Source: Leucoraja ocellata (taxonomy: Eukaryota). From it: a stretch of 64,000 nucleotides of DNA. A model generated the notes under the pieces. That model was not told the DNA's origin. It saw only the letters and a list, made by a program, of their open reading frames with translations, and ran no database searches. Shown piece by piece: positions 10,738 through 22,876 of the stretch. Both the position numbers and the translations under genes were made by a program. Position 1 is the stretch's first letter. Each line of letters begins with the position of its first letter. The stretch covers positions 1,674,001-1,738,000 of the forward strand of contig JAWMAR010000077.1 of assembly GCA_036785375.1 (NCBI GenBank), read 5' to 3'.

Positions 10738-11016
10738 GTACTATCCTCCGCGCCGACGCCAATGTGGCAGAATATTTGCAAATCCACTTAATTCCCCAGC
10801 TCTCCCAAATTTAAATCTTAGACCAGCCACTTCCAAGTGCAGCCCTTTACCCCCCCCCCCCCCCCATCCCCCCCCCCCGCCCCCAATAAGCAGCGATAAT
10901 AACAATACATAGCTGCTCCCCAAATAATGCTCACGCTGGATCAACGGAATGAAGTTTCCCGCCAGACTCGCTCCTTTCCCTCCGACCCTCTTTCCCATTC
11001 GTACCGTGCGTCGGTC

Positions 11017-11400
11017 ATAATAATAATAATATAATAATAATAATAATGATAATAATAATAATAATAATAATAATATATTTTATTGTCATTGCACATAAGT
11101 GCAACGAGATTTGGTATGCAGTTTCCATCCGACGTCATAACATAAATAACTAATACAATTTGGATTTAGATACCCCGAGAAACATGGTTTGTAAAAAGAA
11201 CAGTAAAACAGTCAAAACAGTTCAACAGACTAAAGTGCAGATGTGTCTGTGCGACGTGGCCATCCGAGGGAGACGGTCCAGGGAGGATGGGGGGCACTCA
11301 GCAGGCCCGGTTCAGAGCCGCTATAGCTCTGGGAATGAAGCTGTTCCTGAGTCTGGAGGTTCGGGCGTAGAAGGCCTTGTAACGTCTGCTTACAAGGCCT
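11017..11400 (-). mobile_element. Truncated LINE 3' end with long (TTA)n microsatellite tail in C-gamma intron 1
   Basis: (TAA)n at 11017-11075, followed by TTTTATTGTCATT (polyA-signal-like end on - strand) and LINE-like sequence (FRNSFIP). Confidence 0.65.
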
Positions 11401-11784
11401 TGTAACCCAATACTCACAACATAATTCTGGTGGGGTTACACTCTTTTATTTCTAATTTTATATAACCACGACAATTACTTTCTATATAAATATATACCAA
11501 TACCATCTAACAATAATACTCTTTTTTTTGTAACTACGTCGCATCTGATATCGCCGACAACAGATGTACCTTCCTGTTTCATGCTATATATGTGAATTTA
11601 GATCCAGATCTAGGATTCGGTCTAGTGTTACAAATGCACCGAGAAATACCCTCACAAGTGAAATTCAGAGCGGAAATATGGCAACCTTTCACTGGAGAGT
11701 CATTTAATTTCGCAGTTCTCCCAATAGTAACAACGGCAGAATGGCCGGGGGGAAAGAGGAAACACAAAACCGTCTCACAAATAG

Positions 11785-12025
11785 GGCGGCAGGTGGTGGA
11801 ATTGCTGCCTTAGAGCGCCACAAACGCGGGTTCGATCCTGACTAGGGGAGTTGTCTGCACCGAGTTTGTACGTTCTCCTTGTGGGTTTTCTCCGGGTGCT
11901 CCGGTTTCCTCTCACACTCCAAAGACGTCCAGGTTTCTTGGTTAATTGGCTTCGGTAAAAACATGTACATTTCCCCTGGTGTATAGGATAATGTGATCGT
12001 TGGTCGGCGGGGACTCGGTCGGCCG
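11785..12025 (+). mobile_element. tRNA-derived SINE (HE1/V-SINE-like)
   Basis: B-box GGTTCGATCC and conserved core GGGTTTTCTCCGGGTGCTCCGGTTTCCTCTCACACTCCAAAGACGT. Other copies at ~6500-6700, 27160-27310 (-) and 52617-52760 (-). Confidence 0.8.
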
Positions 12026-12563
12026 AAAACTCCGATCAGCTGATAAGGTTATTGGCTGCAACCTTCCCACCATTGACAAACTGTACACTGCAAGGGTTAG
12101 GAGGCGAGCGGATAAGATCGTCGCTGACCCCTCTTGCCCTGGCCACAAACTCTTTGAATCACTTCCCTCTTGCAGGCGACTCCGGAGTCAAAGCTGCCAC
12201 AGCCACACATAAAAAACAGTTTTTTTTCCACGAGTAGTAGCTCTACTCAATAACCAAAAATCTGCAGCCTCCGTTTGCTCTGTATTTTATTTAATTCACA
12301 TGTTTCATCGATAATGTTTTATTATTAATGTGTAATGTTTTATATGTCATTCCTAACTGTCACTGTATGTCATGTTGTCACTTGCGGGGGAACCACCAAG
12401 GTAAATTCCTTGTATATGAATATCTATATGAATTCGAAAAGCCCATTTCTGCGGGGACGGGTTTTAAATATAATTCGTTTTAACTTTAAAGCGTAAATGC
12501 GAAAATCCTCTGAATTTGTCGATATTTCTAATGAATGTTTCTGTATTTCTTTAAACCACTTAG

Positions 12564-12641
12564 CTGGTGCCATTGCTGGTAAGTCAGTGGGTCCCACCTG
12601 CCCGCCGATCGTCCAGGAAAATCAGGAGAACACGGAAGAAG
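12564..12641 (+). CDS. TRGC: TCR gamma constant region exon 2 (connecting peptide with interchain Cys)
   Basis: TAG acceptor at 12561-12563; AGAIAGKSVGPTCPPIVQENQENTEE; donor AAG|GTAAAT; 78 nt, phase 1 to phase 1; lies between the Ig and TM exons. Confidence 0.85.
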
Positions 12642-13396
12642 GTAAATCCTGTTTTAAATCAAACCATGGTCCGCGTATTATGCGGCTCCTGGTCTGGTCA
12701 AATATCGTAGCCTCTCAAATGGTGACACTACAGCTTAATAAATCTGCCGATTACCAGCACAGGGAAATAATCAACTCTATCTTTACCTTGTGACGGGACG
12801 GGGCGGTTCATGTAATGTCCTTAGAAAGAGCAAGGTGAGGGCAAATGTCTCCAATCGGCTGACCCCCACTGTCAATTGAAGCGGCTTAGATAGGTATCCA
12901 GCAATATCCATTTGTGGACAGAAATGAAAGAAAGACCCACTTATTGTAACAGGTTGCCCAGAAAATCAGCATTAGAATGGAACGGACACAAATAAACTGG
13001 AATGTATTTTGACATTTTAAAATATAAATCCGCAGTGTAACACAGTTGAGGCAACAGTCAACACAGAAAGATACACAAGTTAAATGCAAGATCAAACTAT
13101 CCAGTACTTGTTGAAGAAATGAAGAAAATGAAAACTGAAGGAAATAGTTATATTCCGTGCACGTACAAGAGCGAGGACTATGAAAAGGAATAGAAATAGA
13201 TTAGCAAATATGTAGAGAGGGTCAATTGAAAAGGCAATTAGAAACGCCAACATTAAGTTAAACAGCAATGTAAAACAAATAAAGAAGTTTGCAGACACAT
13301 AAGAACGACCGAAGCTACCAAGACACTGGAGATAGTCATTGGGTCACAGAAACAAGCCATCACCCCGTCGATCACTGTCAATAAGGGGCACATCTT

Positions 13397-13458
13397 CAAG
13401 GTGTCAAGGTCAGTTTATTGTCACGTACCAATTAAGGTACAGTGAAATTCGAATGACC
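13397..13458 (-). mobile_element. 62-bp retroposon tail with perfect 16-bp target-site duplication
   Basis: ATAAGGGGCACATCTT at 13381-13396 and 13459-13474; internal TTTATTGTCAC end motif. Confidence 0.8.
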
Positions 13459-14171
13459 ATAAGGGGCACATCTTGATACACTCACCCAAGAAAACATCAA
13501 AGTAGAACAATATTTTTAACATCGCTTTGCCCACGTACTTACAAAAATGTAAATTGGTTGAAATAACACGAGAATAAATCACATAAGAAAATGAACACGT
13601 TTAAGAAATAAGTTATTAAATAATGAATTGGGAGTCTGTTGGCTCACGTGAATTATACCTGCGCATGTTAAAAGTTGGGGAAAGGATGGCAGACAAACCA
13701 TTACATACATGTAGACATGTATCATTAAAGGACATTTCTATTTTAAGACGTCCACGAAATTGTAATTTAAAAAAAGCAACACGAACACGAGCATGAACTA
13801 GTTGGGTATACGTTCCTGGTTATGTGCTGTACATAATACGTCCATATTCAGAAAACTCAACACCATCATTGAATATGTATGGTGACATTAATTTCGAGCA
13901 TGCTTTCGCCTCTTGTACCAGCAAAGCAGGTAAACATTACATTCATTCAACATTACATCCATCTTGAATAGAAAATATGCCAAATTGAGTCACTGGGAAG
14001 GTGACATTGCTGGAGACATTTGCCCACGCTTTGGCTAAGCTTATTTTTACAGTGGCGTTATCTGCGCATTCGCTTCGAAAAACACCAAAATATATCTGTA
14101 AATTCTTAGAATCATAATTTCTGCTAATAAACCGGAAGCTGACGATTTTTACATTTTCCAATTTCACCTAG

Positions 14172-14305
14172 GAATATCGGCGAGCTCACTGCAGGTCGCG
14201 ACGTTGACATATACCATTCTGTTGATGAAGAGTGTGTTATACTGCGGCATCATCTCGTGCATACTTTACAAGATGGAATACTGGGGCACGAAGAAGCCAT
14301 TGTAA
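14172..14305 (+). CDS. TRGC: TCR gamma constant region exon 3 (transmembrane and cytoplasmic tail)
   Basis: TAG acceptor; GISASSLQVATLTYTILLMKSVLYCGIISCILYKMEYWGTKKPL* contains the gamma/beta-type YxxLLxKSxxY TM motif with a single Lys; stop TAA at 14303-14305. Confidence 0.95.
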
Positions 14306-14638
14306 CTCGTATTTTGTACATTTTGTACATTGTACATTTTGATAAATGTCTTCCATGTCATTGTAAGCTTCAGTCTATGTCCTCGTTGCGTACAAAGGGA
14401 TTGTACATCCTGTTGCAAAATATGTGTTGGCTTGTAAGAGGCTAATGAAGGCCGCGTGTTGAAGCTTATATCCAGGTGATTACAGAGCAAAATACAGAGA
14501 ACGAGCAGCGTTAATCTAATGCCAGATAGACTGTTGTGGGGGTACCGGTTAGTTGTTCATCAAATCACTATTATTGCTGAATCCTTTTTGCTAGCATTTC
14601 AACGCCTTTGAAAAAATGTATCATTCTAGAAATCGAAC

Positions 14639-14644
14639 AATAAA
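14639..14644 (+). terminator. Candidate polyadenylation signal of TRGC (further AATAAA at ~14715 and ~14724)
   Basis: First AATAAA after the stop codon, about 335 nt downstream. Confidence 0.6.
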
Positions 14645-16700
14645 CGAGTTAGTAAGATTTACTTTAGCATTTTTTAATGCGTTGCTCTGTGACCGGTGAG
14701 TTGTTTATTTCCGAAATAAAACAAATAAAATACAGGAAGCACCAATTATTACATTGGGAATTAGCAGCTAACTTGTAGGATATACCCATGAAAACAGACT
14801 AGGTAATCAGCAGGTGGACACGTCTCTGATAATAGAGGCCCACGGCATAAAGATTCACTACACCGACACACTTCCCATAATGTAGCTCTCTGTTACCACA
14901 GATAAATGCGGAGCATGGTTATTCTGACTATAATCTCCGCCACCCAACACCACCACCGGCAACCTTTCACTCGCCTGCTCATAAATAGTCTATCTAACTC
15001 GACCTGAAATTATTCAAAAGCTATGCTTCCACCGCCACCTCGAGAGAAATACAAATCCCCTCATCTCTGACTTAATGTGCGACAAGCCATTTTTTAACCG
15101 GGGCCACCTAGTTCTAGATTTTCCCAAGAGAGAAAAAACCTCTTTACATCCACCCGGTTGTGGTTCCTCGGTTTCTTGTATATTTCAATCAAGTCTTCGC
15201 TCACTCTTCTAAAGTCCAGCGGATACCAGTAAACATTTTCTGAACTGCTTCAGACAACTTCCGCCAATTTGTGTTAAATTACGATCACATTGTGTTCGCT
15301 TGCCTGAAAACTAGCCTTTTAACAATCAAATATTTGAACACCCGGGTCCAGGACTGCATGGAAATACCGAGGCGCGGGGCAAGAGTAGAAAAAAAGCCAC
15401 AAGTGCTGGAGTAAATCAGTGGGTCACACAGCATCTCTGGAGAACTTCTCACCACTAAAGAATGGTCCCAACTCGAAACGCCACCTATCCATGCTCTCCA
15501 GAGATGCTGCCTGATCCGCTGAGTTGCTTCAGCATTTTGCTTTTTTTGTGTGCTGTAAACCAGCATCTGCAGTTCTTTGTTTCGTCAGACAAGTATCAAA
15601 ACTTGACCAGTAAATTCTAGGGGTCAAGGAAAGAGCGTTCAGGTCACGGCCCTGTTTCCACCAAACTTTCCACCACCACGCACACGACGCACAAAACGCG
15701 CAAGACGCAATGGCAGCAGATGCCGAGAGGTGTGTTCAGCAGTGGCTGTACAATTTCTAATCTTGCAATGTGGACTCGATGAGAAGAAGAAGAACATTCC
15801 CCATGACCATTAATTCCAATTTATCTCGAGTTTTCCAAAATAATAGCTATCCCCGCTCCAATAAATCTCTCTGGCCCCGGTTGGTTTGCAGACATTGTCA
15901 AAATTGCTAAAAACACATCAATGCCGAAGCAACCCTGTCACTTTAAATTGAAACCCAGGGAAATGCAACAGTTGGGAATGGAGCAAATCACAAAGTGCTG
16001 GAGTAACTCAGTGGGCCAGGTAGACCGGTTGAGTCAGTTACTTCGGCACTTTACACATGGAATCGAAAATGTTTTATTTGAAATGATTTATATTTAACTT
16101 CACGACATTATTGTTCCAACCATCCCTTTACATATATTACTTTAGCTTATTTGACATTGGCCTATTGTGAAGCGAGTATAGTGATATAACGATCCTTTTT
16201 TACAAATTGATAAATGGGATTCAATTGCAATTGGCTGAACCGAACGCAAAACACTCTCTCGGGAAGGGCAAGAAGTGAACGGATTAAGGTTATAATATTT
16301 ATATTTCATGGCCAGTGGCCGCACAAACAAACTCCTTGCAACATCTCAGAGCCGATCCCTTTAACCCCGGCACAGATATCAGTGAATAAATAAACCCTAA
16401 GTGCTGGAAGTCTGAAGTAAAAACAAAATGCTGGAAACAGAGCATCATTTTGCAAAGTTACACCAGACATTCCCTACATTAAGAGTTTGCTCGTCTCGGC
16501 ACCTTCCAATGTGCTGGCCATCGGCTAATCCAGAATGGGAAAACAAAGCTGATACACTCCCTTATTGTTCTTTTACGTTGCACCTAAATAAATCGACCAG
16601 GTTCCGAGAGAATTTGGGACGTTCGTCTTGGTTGTAGCTTGATGACTTTCAATAAGAGGGAACGCAGGGGTTGGTAATAAAAGCCTCTACATTTTCAACC

Positions 16701-16985
16701 TGAGGGATAGATTATAAGGCATTTGGACGTGCAGGGGCTGATTAGGGATAGTCGGCATGGTTTTGTACGTGGGAGGTCGTGTCTCACAAATCTGATTGAG
16801 TTTTTTGAAGACGTGACCAAAAAGATCGATGAGGGCAGAGCTGTAGATGTTGTGTACATGGATTTCAGTAAGGCATTTGACAAAGTTCCACATGGTAGGC
16901 TGCTCTGGAAGGTTAGATCTCATGGGATCCAATGAGAGATAGCTGAATGGATAGAAAATTGGCTCCAAGTAAGGAAGCAGATGGT
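16701..16985 (+). mobile_element. CR1 ORF2 RT fragment
   Basis: HGFVRGRSCLTNLIEFFE...VDVVYMDFSKAFDKVPH with an in-frame stop. Confidence 0.88.
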
Positions 16986-16986
16986 T

Positions 16987-18470
16987 ATAGAAACATAGAA
17001 AATAGGTGCAGGAGTAGGCCATTCGGCCCTTCGAGTCTGCACCGCCATTCAATATGGCTGATCATCCAACTCAGTATCCTGTACCTGCCTTCTCTCCATG
17101 CCCCCTGGTCCCTTTAGCCACAAGGGCCACATCTAACCCACTTAAATATAGCCAATGAACTGGCCTCAACTACCTTCTGTGGCAGAGAGTTCCAGAGATT
17201 CACCACTCTCTGTGTGAAAAATGTTTTTCTCATCTCGGTCCTAAAAGATTTTCCCCTTATCCTTAAACTGTGACCCCTTGAAGTTGGACTTCCCCAACAT
17301 CGGGAACAATCTTCCTGCATCTAGCCTGTCCAACCCCTTAAGAATTTTGTAAGTTTCTATAAAATTCCCCCTCAATCTTCTAAATTCTAGCGAGTACAAG
17401 CCGAGTCTATCCAGTGTTACTTCATATGAAAGTCCTGACATCCCAGGAATCAGTCTGGTGAACCTTCTCTGTATTCCCTCTATGGCAAGAATGTCTTTCC
17501 TCAGATTAGGAGACGAAAACTGTATGCAATACTCCAGGTGTGGTCTCACCAAGACCCTGTACAACTGCAGTAGAACCTCCCTGCTCCTATACTCAAATCC
17601 TTTTGCTATGAATGCTAACATACCATTCGCTTTCTTCACTGCCTGCTGCACCTGCATGCCTACTTTCAATGACTGGTGTACCATGACACCCAGGTCTCGT
17701 TGCATCTCCCATTTTCCTAATCGGCCACCATTCAGATAATAGTCTACTTTCCTGTTTTTGCCACCAAAGTGGATAACCTCACATATATTCACATTCTACT
17801 ACATCTGCCATGCATTTTCCCACTCACCCAACCTATCCAAGTCACCTTGCAGCCTCCCAGCATCCTCCTCACAGCTAACACTGCCCCCCCCCCCCCCCCC
17901 CCCCCCCAGCTTCGTGTCATCCAAACTTGGAGATGTTGCATTCAATTCCCTCATCCAAATCATTAATATATATTGTAAATAGCTGGGGTCCCAGCACTGA
18001 GCCTTAACCCTAACCCCACTAGTCACTGCCTGCCATTGTGAAAAGGACCCGTTTACTCCTACTCTTTGCTTCCTGTCTGCCAGCCAGTTCTCCATCCACA
18101 TCAATACTGAACCTCCAATACTGTGTGCTTTAAGTTTGTATACTAATCTCTTATATGGGACCTTGTCAAAAGCCTTCTGAAAGTCCAGATATAACACATC
18201 CACTGGTTCTCCCTTATCCACTCTACTAGTTACATCCTCGACAAATTCTATAAGATTCGTCAGACATGATTTACCTTTCATAAATTCATGCTGACTTTGT
18301 CCAATGATTTCACCATTTTCCAAATGTGCTGCTATCCCATCTTTAATTACTGACTCTAGCAGTTTCCTCACTACCGATGTTATACTAACTGGTCTGTAAT
18401 TCCCCGTTTTCTCTCATCCTCCCTTTTTAAAAAGTGGGGGTACATTAGCTACTCTCCAATCCTCAGGAAC
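16987..18470 (-). mobile_element. 5'-truncated CR1 LINE
   Basis: ORF2 RT pieces (17799-18371, 17241-17792) with frameshifts; 3' UTR and tail ATAGAAACATAGAAA as in the 200-638 copy. Confidence 0.92.
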
Positions 18471-20999
18471 ATTAGCTACCCTCCAATCCTCAGGAATTGG
18501 AGTGTGCACTGTACACTGCAGGGCTAGGAAGTGAGCGGGCAAGATCATCTCTGACCCCTCTCACCCTGGCCACAAACTCTTTGAATCACTTCCCTCTGGA
18601 AGGCGACTCCGGATTGTCAAAGCTGCCACAGCCAGACGTAAAAACAGTTTTTATCCACAAGTAGTTGCTCTACTCATCAGCCAAAAATATGTAGCCTCCC
18701 TTTGATCTGGTATTTTGTTGGTTCACACGCTTGCTTGATCAATCGTGTTTATCATTAATGTATTATTATTATTAATGTTTAGTGTTTTCGGAGTCATTCG
18801 TAACTGCCACTGTATATCATGTGGGCAGAGCACCAAGGCAAATTCTTTGTTTGTGAATACTTGCTTACTTACTTACAAACTTAATAAGACATGAAGATGT
18901 TTTAATCCATTAAACTTTGGATCTTCCCAATAGTTGCAATTTAGCACCCTCCGCCGTGAGTGTTTAATGCTTTTGTTTTGAGTTCGTGATAATTTTAACA
19001 CAAAGTACAGCTGCCTCTAAAGGAAACTAATAAAAACATTGAATTGCATATACGGTAAATCGGAAACAAAAGAAAAAACCCCATCAGAAGGCCATCTCCT
19101 CAATACATGAAAGAAACATAAATAACATTTAATTCCGAAGTGGCCTCAACTTGCAACGTTTACTGCTCTGTCCGCGGATGTTGCTTGGTAAAACCTAAGC
19201 GTGTAATAAGGTAAGTTTTAATAAATCGACACCGTTTTTATTAAGCGTGTGTTTTTTTATTAAGCATGCTTTTAATGAGAGATAGTTTCGTCGAGAAAAT
19301 ATACATAAAGGAACGTAAAACTCACAAATATCATAAATGATCTAGCAAGCGCAATGGAAAGCCTGGCTTTATCTCTTTGCTCTGGCATCTTTTCGAATCT
19401 CATCCAGGAATTGAAATCCTCTCAAAAAAGTGAATGTGGATTCTGTGCACAATAATTGTGAGGATCTGAGGCCATTTCAGAGAGCAAAATCCAGTGAGCA
19501 CCGCGCTGGCGTGATGCCAGGGGGCTGGGGGTGAATTGGGCCTCCTGTATCTCCTCAAAACAGGCGATAGCGTTTGTCTAGCTTTGGAATTTTAATATTT
19601 GGGTTCATTTATCCAACGGAATTCACCCGTGCTAAAAGATACAAGTCCTGTAATACAAAAAGTGTCCCGACATGAAATGTCGCCTATCATGTCCTCAAGA
19701 GATGCTGCCTGGCCCCCTGAGTTACTCCAGCACTCTGCGGTCTATGAAATACAAGTTCATACATTTATAAATTCAAGCAGCAGAAATAGGCCATTCGGCC
19801 CATCAATTCTACTCTGCCATTCAATAGCGGCTCATTTATCTTTCCCTCTCAATCCCATTTTACGCCGAAATACAAACCCATTGTGTATTGAAAATTTCCA
19901 GCATGGAATCGTACAACACGCTTTCCGGAATTCAATCCTCTCCTACTTGCCTTCTTCAGCATTTGGCTTTATCTAATTGCAGCCACGGCGTTAATCTCAT
20001 CCGGGACAGAGAAGTGTAACCGATTCCTAATCACAAAAAACCTCCAAATTACTGAAGTTATCTGTCTGAGTTTTGCGCAATAATTAAGATAAAGAAAATG
20101 TAATAAACACCGAATAACGCGGTTAATAGCGACATTTGAGGTTTTAGTTGGTGTGATCAGCTCCTCGAAATGTGTAGTAATATCATGCTTACGAGCTGCT
20201 GCTAAATCCACCCTGGAGCGCGCACATGACTTGCTGTTAACACGATTACAGTGTGTGCCGTTGACATGCCTCATTTACAAATACTGGAATGGTGATAGCT
20301 GTGAAGTGGTACATTTTGCTAGGAAGAATATGGAGACAAGGTATTACCTGGTGGGTAGAGGCATAAAGGGATCACATATATATTTCTCAGCTCTAAAGAT
20401 TGCACTTAATGTTTATTTTCTGATGGATAAAATAGGGAAATTATTTTTAACCTGCTGCATCCAGCCTATCCCACTCAGTACAGCACACCGTCCATGTGGA
20501 ACATGATGTCCTAATCTCCGTCTGTTTATGATCCACATCCATCCATTCCCTGCATATCCATGTGCCAGTTGAAAGCCTCTTAAATGCCACTATCGTATCT
20601 ACCTCGGGGAGAAAAATCTAGATATTAGGGGAATCGAGGGATATTGGGGTAGGACAAGAAAATGATGCTGGGATTTCAAAAAAAAAATCATGAACCATAA
20701 TCTTGTTAAATCATACAGCGGCCTTGATTGGTCAATACTCCTGCCTCCATTCTGTTGATAAGTATATAAGGGAGACCAGGCAACTGTACTAGAGAGGCAG
20801 GAATAACGACTTAGAGAGATTTAGATGCGAAGGAATGAGTTCAGGCTCATGTCGAGCATTGATAAGGACTGGTTGTAAAGAACGGCTACTTGTTGACCTT
20901 ATGTTCACTTACTTGTTGAGCTTAATCCTGTTAACCAAATACGTTTACATACAGAAAATAGTGGTTTGGCTCAAGTGGAATATTGTTTCCAGTCTCGGC

Positions 21000-21830
21000 A
21001 CCGTACGCTAGGAAGGATGTCAAGGCCTGCGAAGCGTATAGGAATCACAAGGGCAACATGAGGGAAAGAAGTCTTAAATCACGTGCATAGTCCGGAAATG
21101 CTGAGCAGCTCTTTTCGAATGGAAAATGTAGTACAACTGTTCAAAGGTTGAAAGTTAGAAAGTTTGGGTTTAGTGAGCCATTCTTTTAAATAGTTTTGAT
21201 GCCCACAGCGAAGGAGGAATTAGTTTGCTTCTAAGTTAATGTGGTGCAGATTTTCTACATTGATATTGGGAAAGGAAAGAATGTCCCACGGGCCGAGATT
21301 AAGACAGTCCAATACACACTGGAGTTGGGAATATGGGGGGTGATCTCATAGAGGTAGGTTTTGAGGGAGAGGGTGGTTGGCAGAGTGGACATTACAAGGC
21401 TGTTTCCTCGGAGTGGAGAGTTTGCATCCAGGTGCAGAATCGCAGAAAAGGGGTGAGCATTTAGGGTGCACACGATGAGACATTTCTCCATACAAACAGT
21501 TACACGTATTCGGACATTATCTAAGAGTGCTGTGCATGCTCAGTTATCTTCTGTATTCTAACTTAAGAATAAGGGCTAGGCCATTTAGAACTGAGACGAG
21601 GAAAAACGTTTTCACACAGAGAGTTGTGAATTTGTGGAAATATCTGCCTCAGAAAGCAGTGGAGGCCGATTCATTGAATGCATTCAAAAGAGAGTTAGAT
21701 GGAGCTCTTATGGCTAGGGGAATCAAGTGGTATGGGGAGAAGGCAGGAACGGGGTATTAATTGTGAATGATCAGCCATGATCACATTGAATCGCGGTGCT
21801 ACTCCTGCACCTATTGCCAATGTATGTAAC
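21000..21830 (+). mobile_element. Decayed CR1 3' fragments
   Basis: FTQRVVNLWKYLPQKAVEA motif at 21560-21760 plus older degenerate CR1-like sequence. Confidence 0.65.
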
Positions 21831-22876
21831 TGGGGTTCATGGGTTTTTGGACAATAATGGAATTGGAAGAAATAGAGATGGGTAGAGAAAATGCAGATAC
21901 AGTAGTGCATCAGCCATGGTCCTAATGTATTTTGGAGCAGGAATGACCCATTCTTTCTTATTTCTACGTTCCTACATTCTGGGGGAATTAGTCGGGGTAC
22001 ATTAAAATAATATAATTTCACTTTAAACAATGAGTTGAAGTGGTGTGGAATTCATTAGTTGAAATCAAATGGGAGTGTATTCGATCGTGAAAAGGGAATT
22101 AGATAAGCATAGGAAAGAAAAGTAGTACGTGCTGCGACGATATCTGTGTAAGTGTTTAGAAGTGCCATGTGGAACAAATATTTTACACAACGGCAAACGG
22201 TTATTTTAACTGTTCACAGCATGCCACTTCCTCTGCATTAGCAGATATCTGATTAACCGTCCGCGAAGTTGACAAAACAGGAAATAATGTTCATTTAATC
22301 GTAAACTTTAATCTTCAGCTCTTAGCCTAGTTATCAGATAGGCCATGGTTGAACCTATAGTCTCGCCCATCTTTGTTGTTGTTACTTGAGACTTGACATC
22401 TTTCTGCCACGAATACCTAACACATTTGTTTATTCTTCTCCTACTTCCTCCCTGCCTCACTCACCCTCCCTTAAAACATGTTAAAACATGGGGACATTAG
22501 CGCCATGTCAATATACACTTTTATCTTTAGGCTTTAGTAGGTTATGTTCCAACACCATTGCAGAGACTTGAGTCCCTTTATCCAGGCTGACAATCTGGGA
22601 TGGTGCTCATGTGCTACAAGCGACGTCGTCTTTCTGAGCCCCTTTGGTCCACACGTGAACTTAAATAGAGTTCATACTACTACAACCTTTGAGGAGAGGG
22701 AAGTTATTTCGCGTATCGCAGCTAATATTTCAGTATTTATCCCCGTCAACATTCCGAAACAGAACATTTAGTCTGCATCATAATATTGTTTGCGAGAACT
22801 TGCAAAATGGGCGTTGTGCTTTATTTGAAGTGTGACTTCAATAAACATTTAATTCTTCTGTTATATTCTGTATATG

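Noticed and set aside
13922-13929. AG|CAAAGCAG|GTAAAC as an extra C-gamma micro-exon
   Set aside because: 8 nt would shift the frame; exons 2 and 3 already join in frame.
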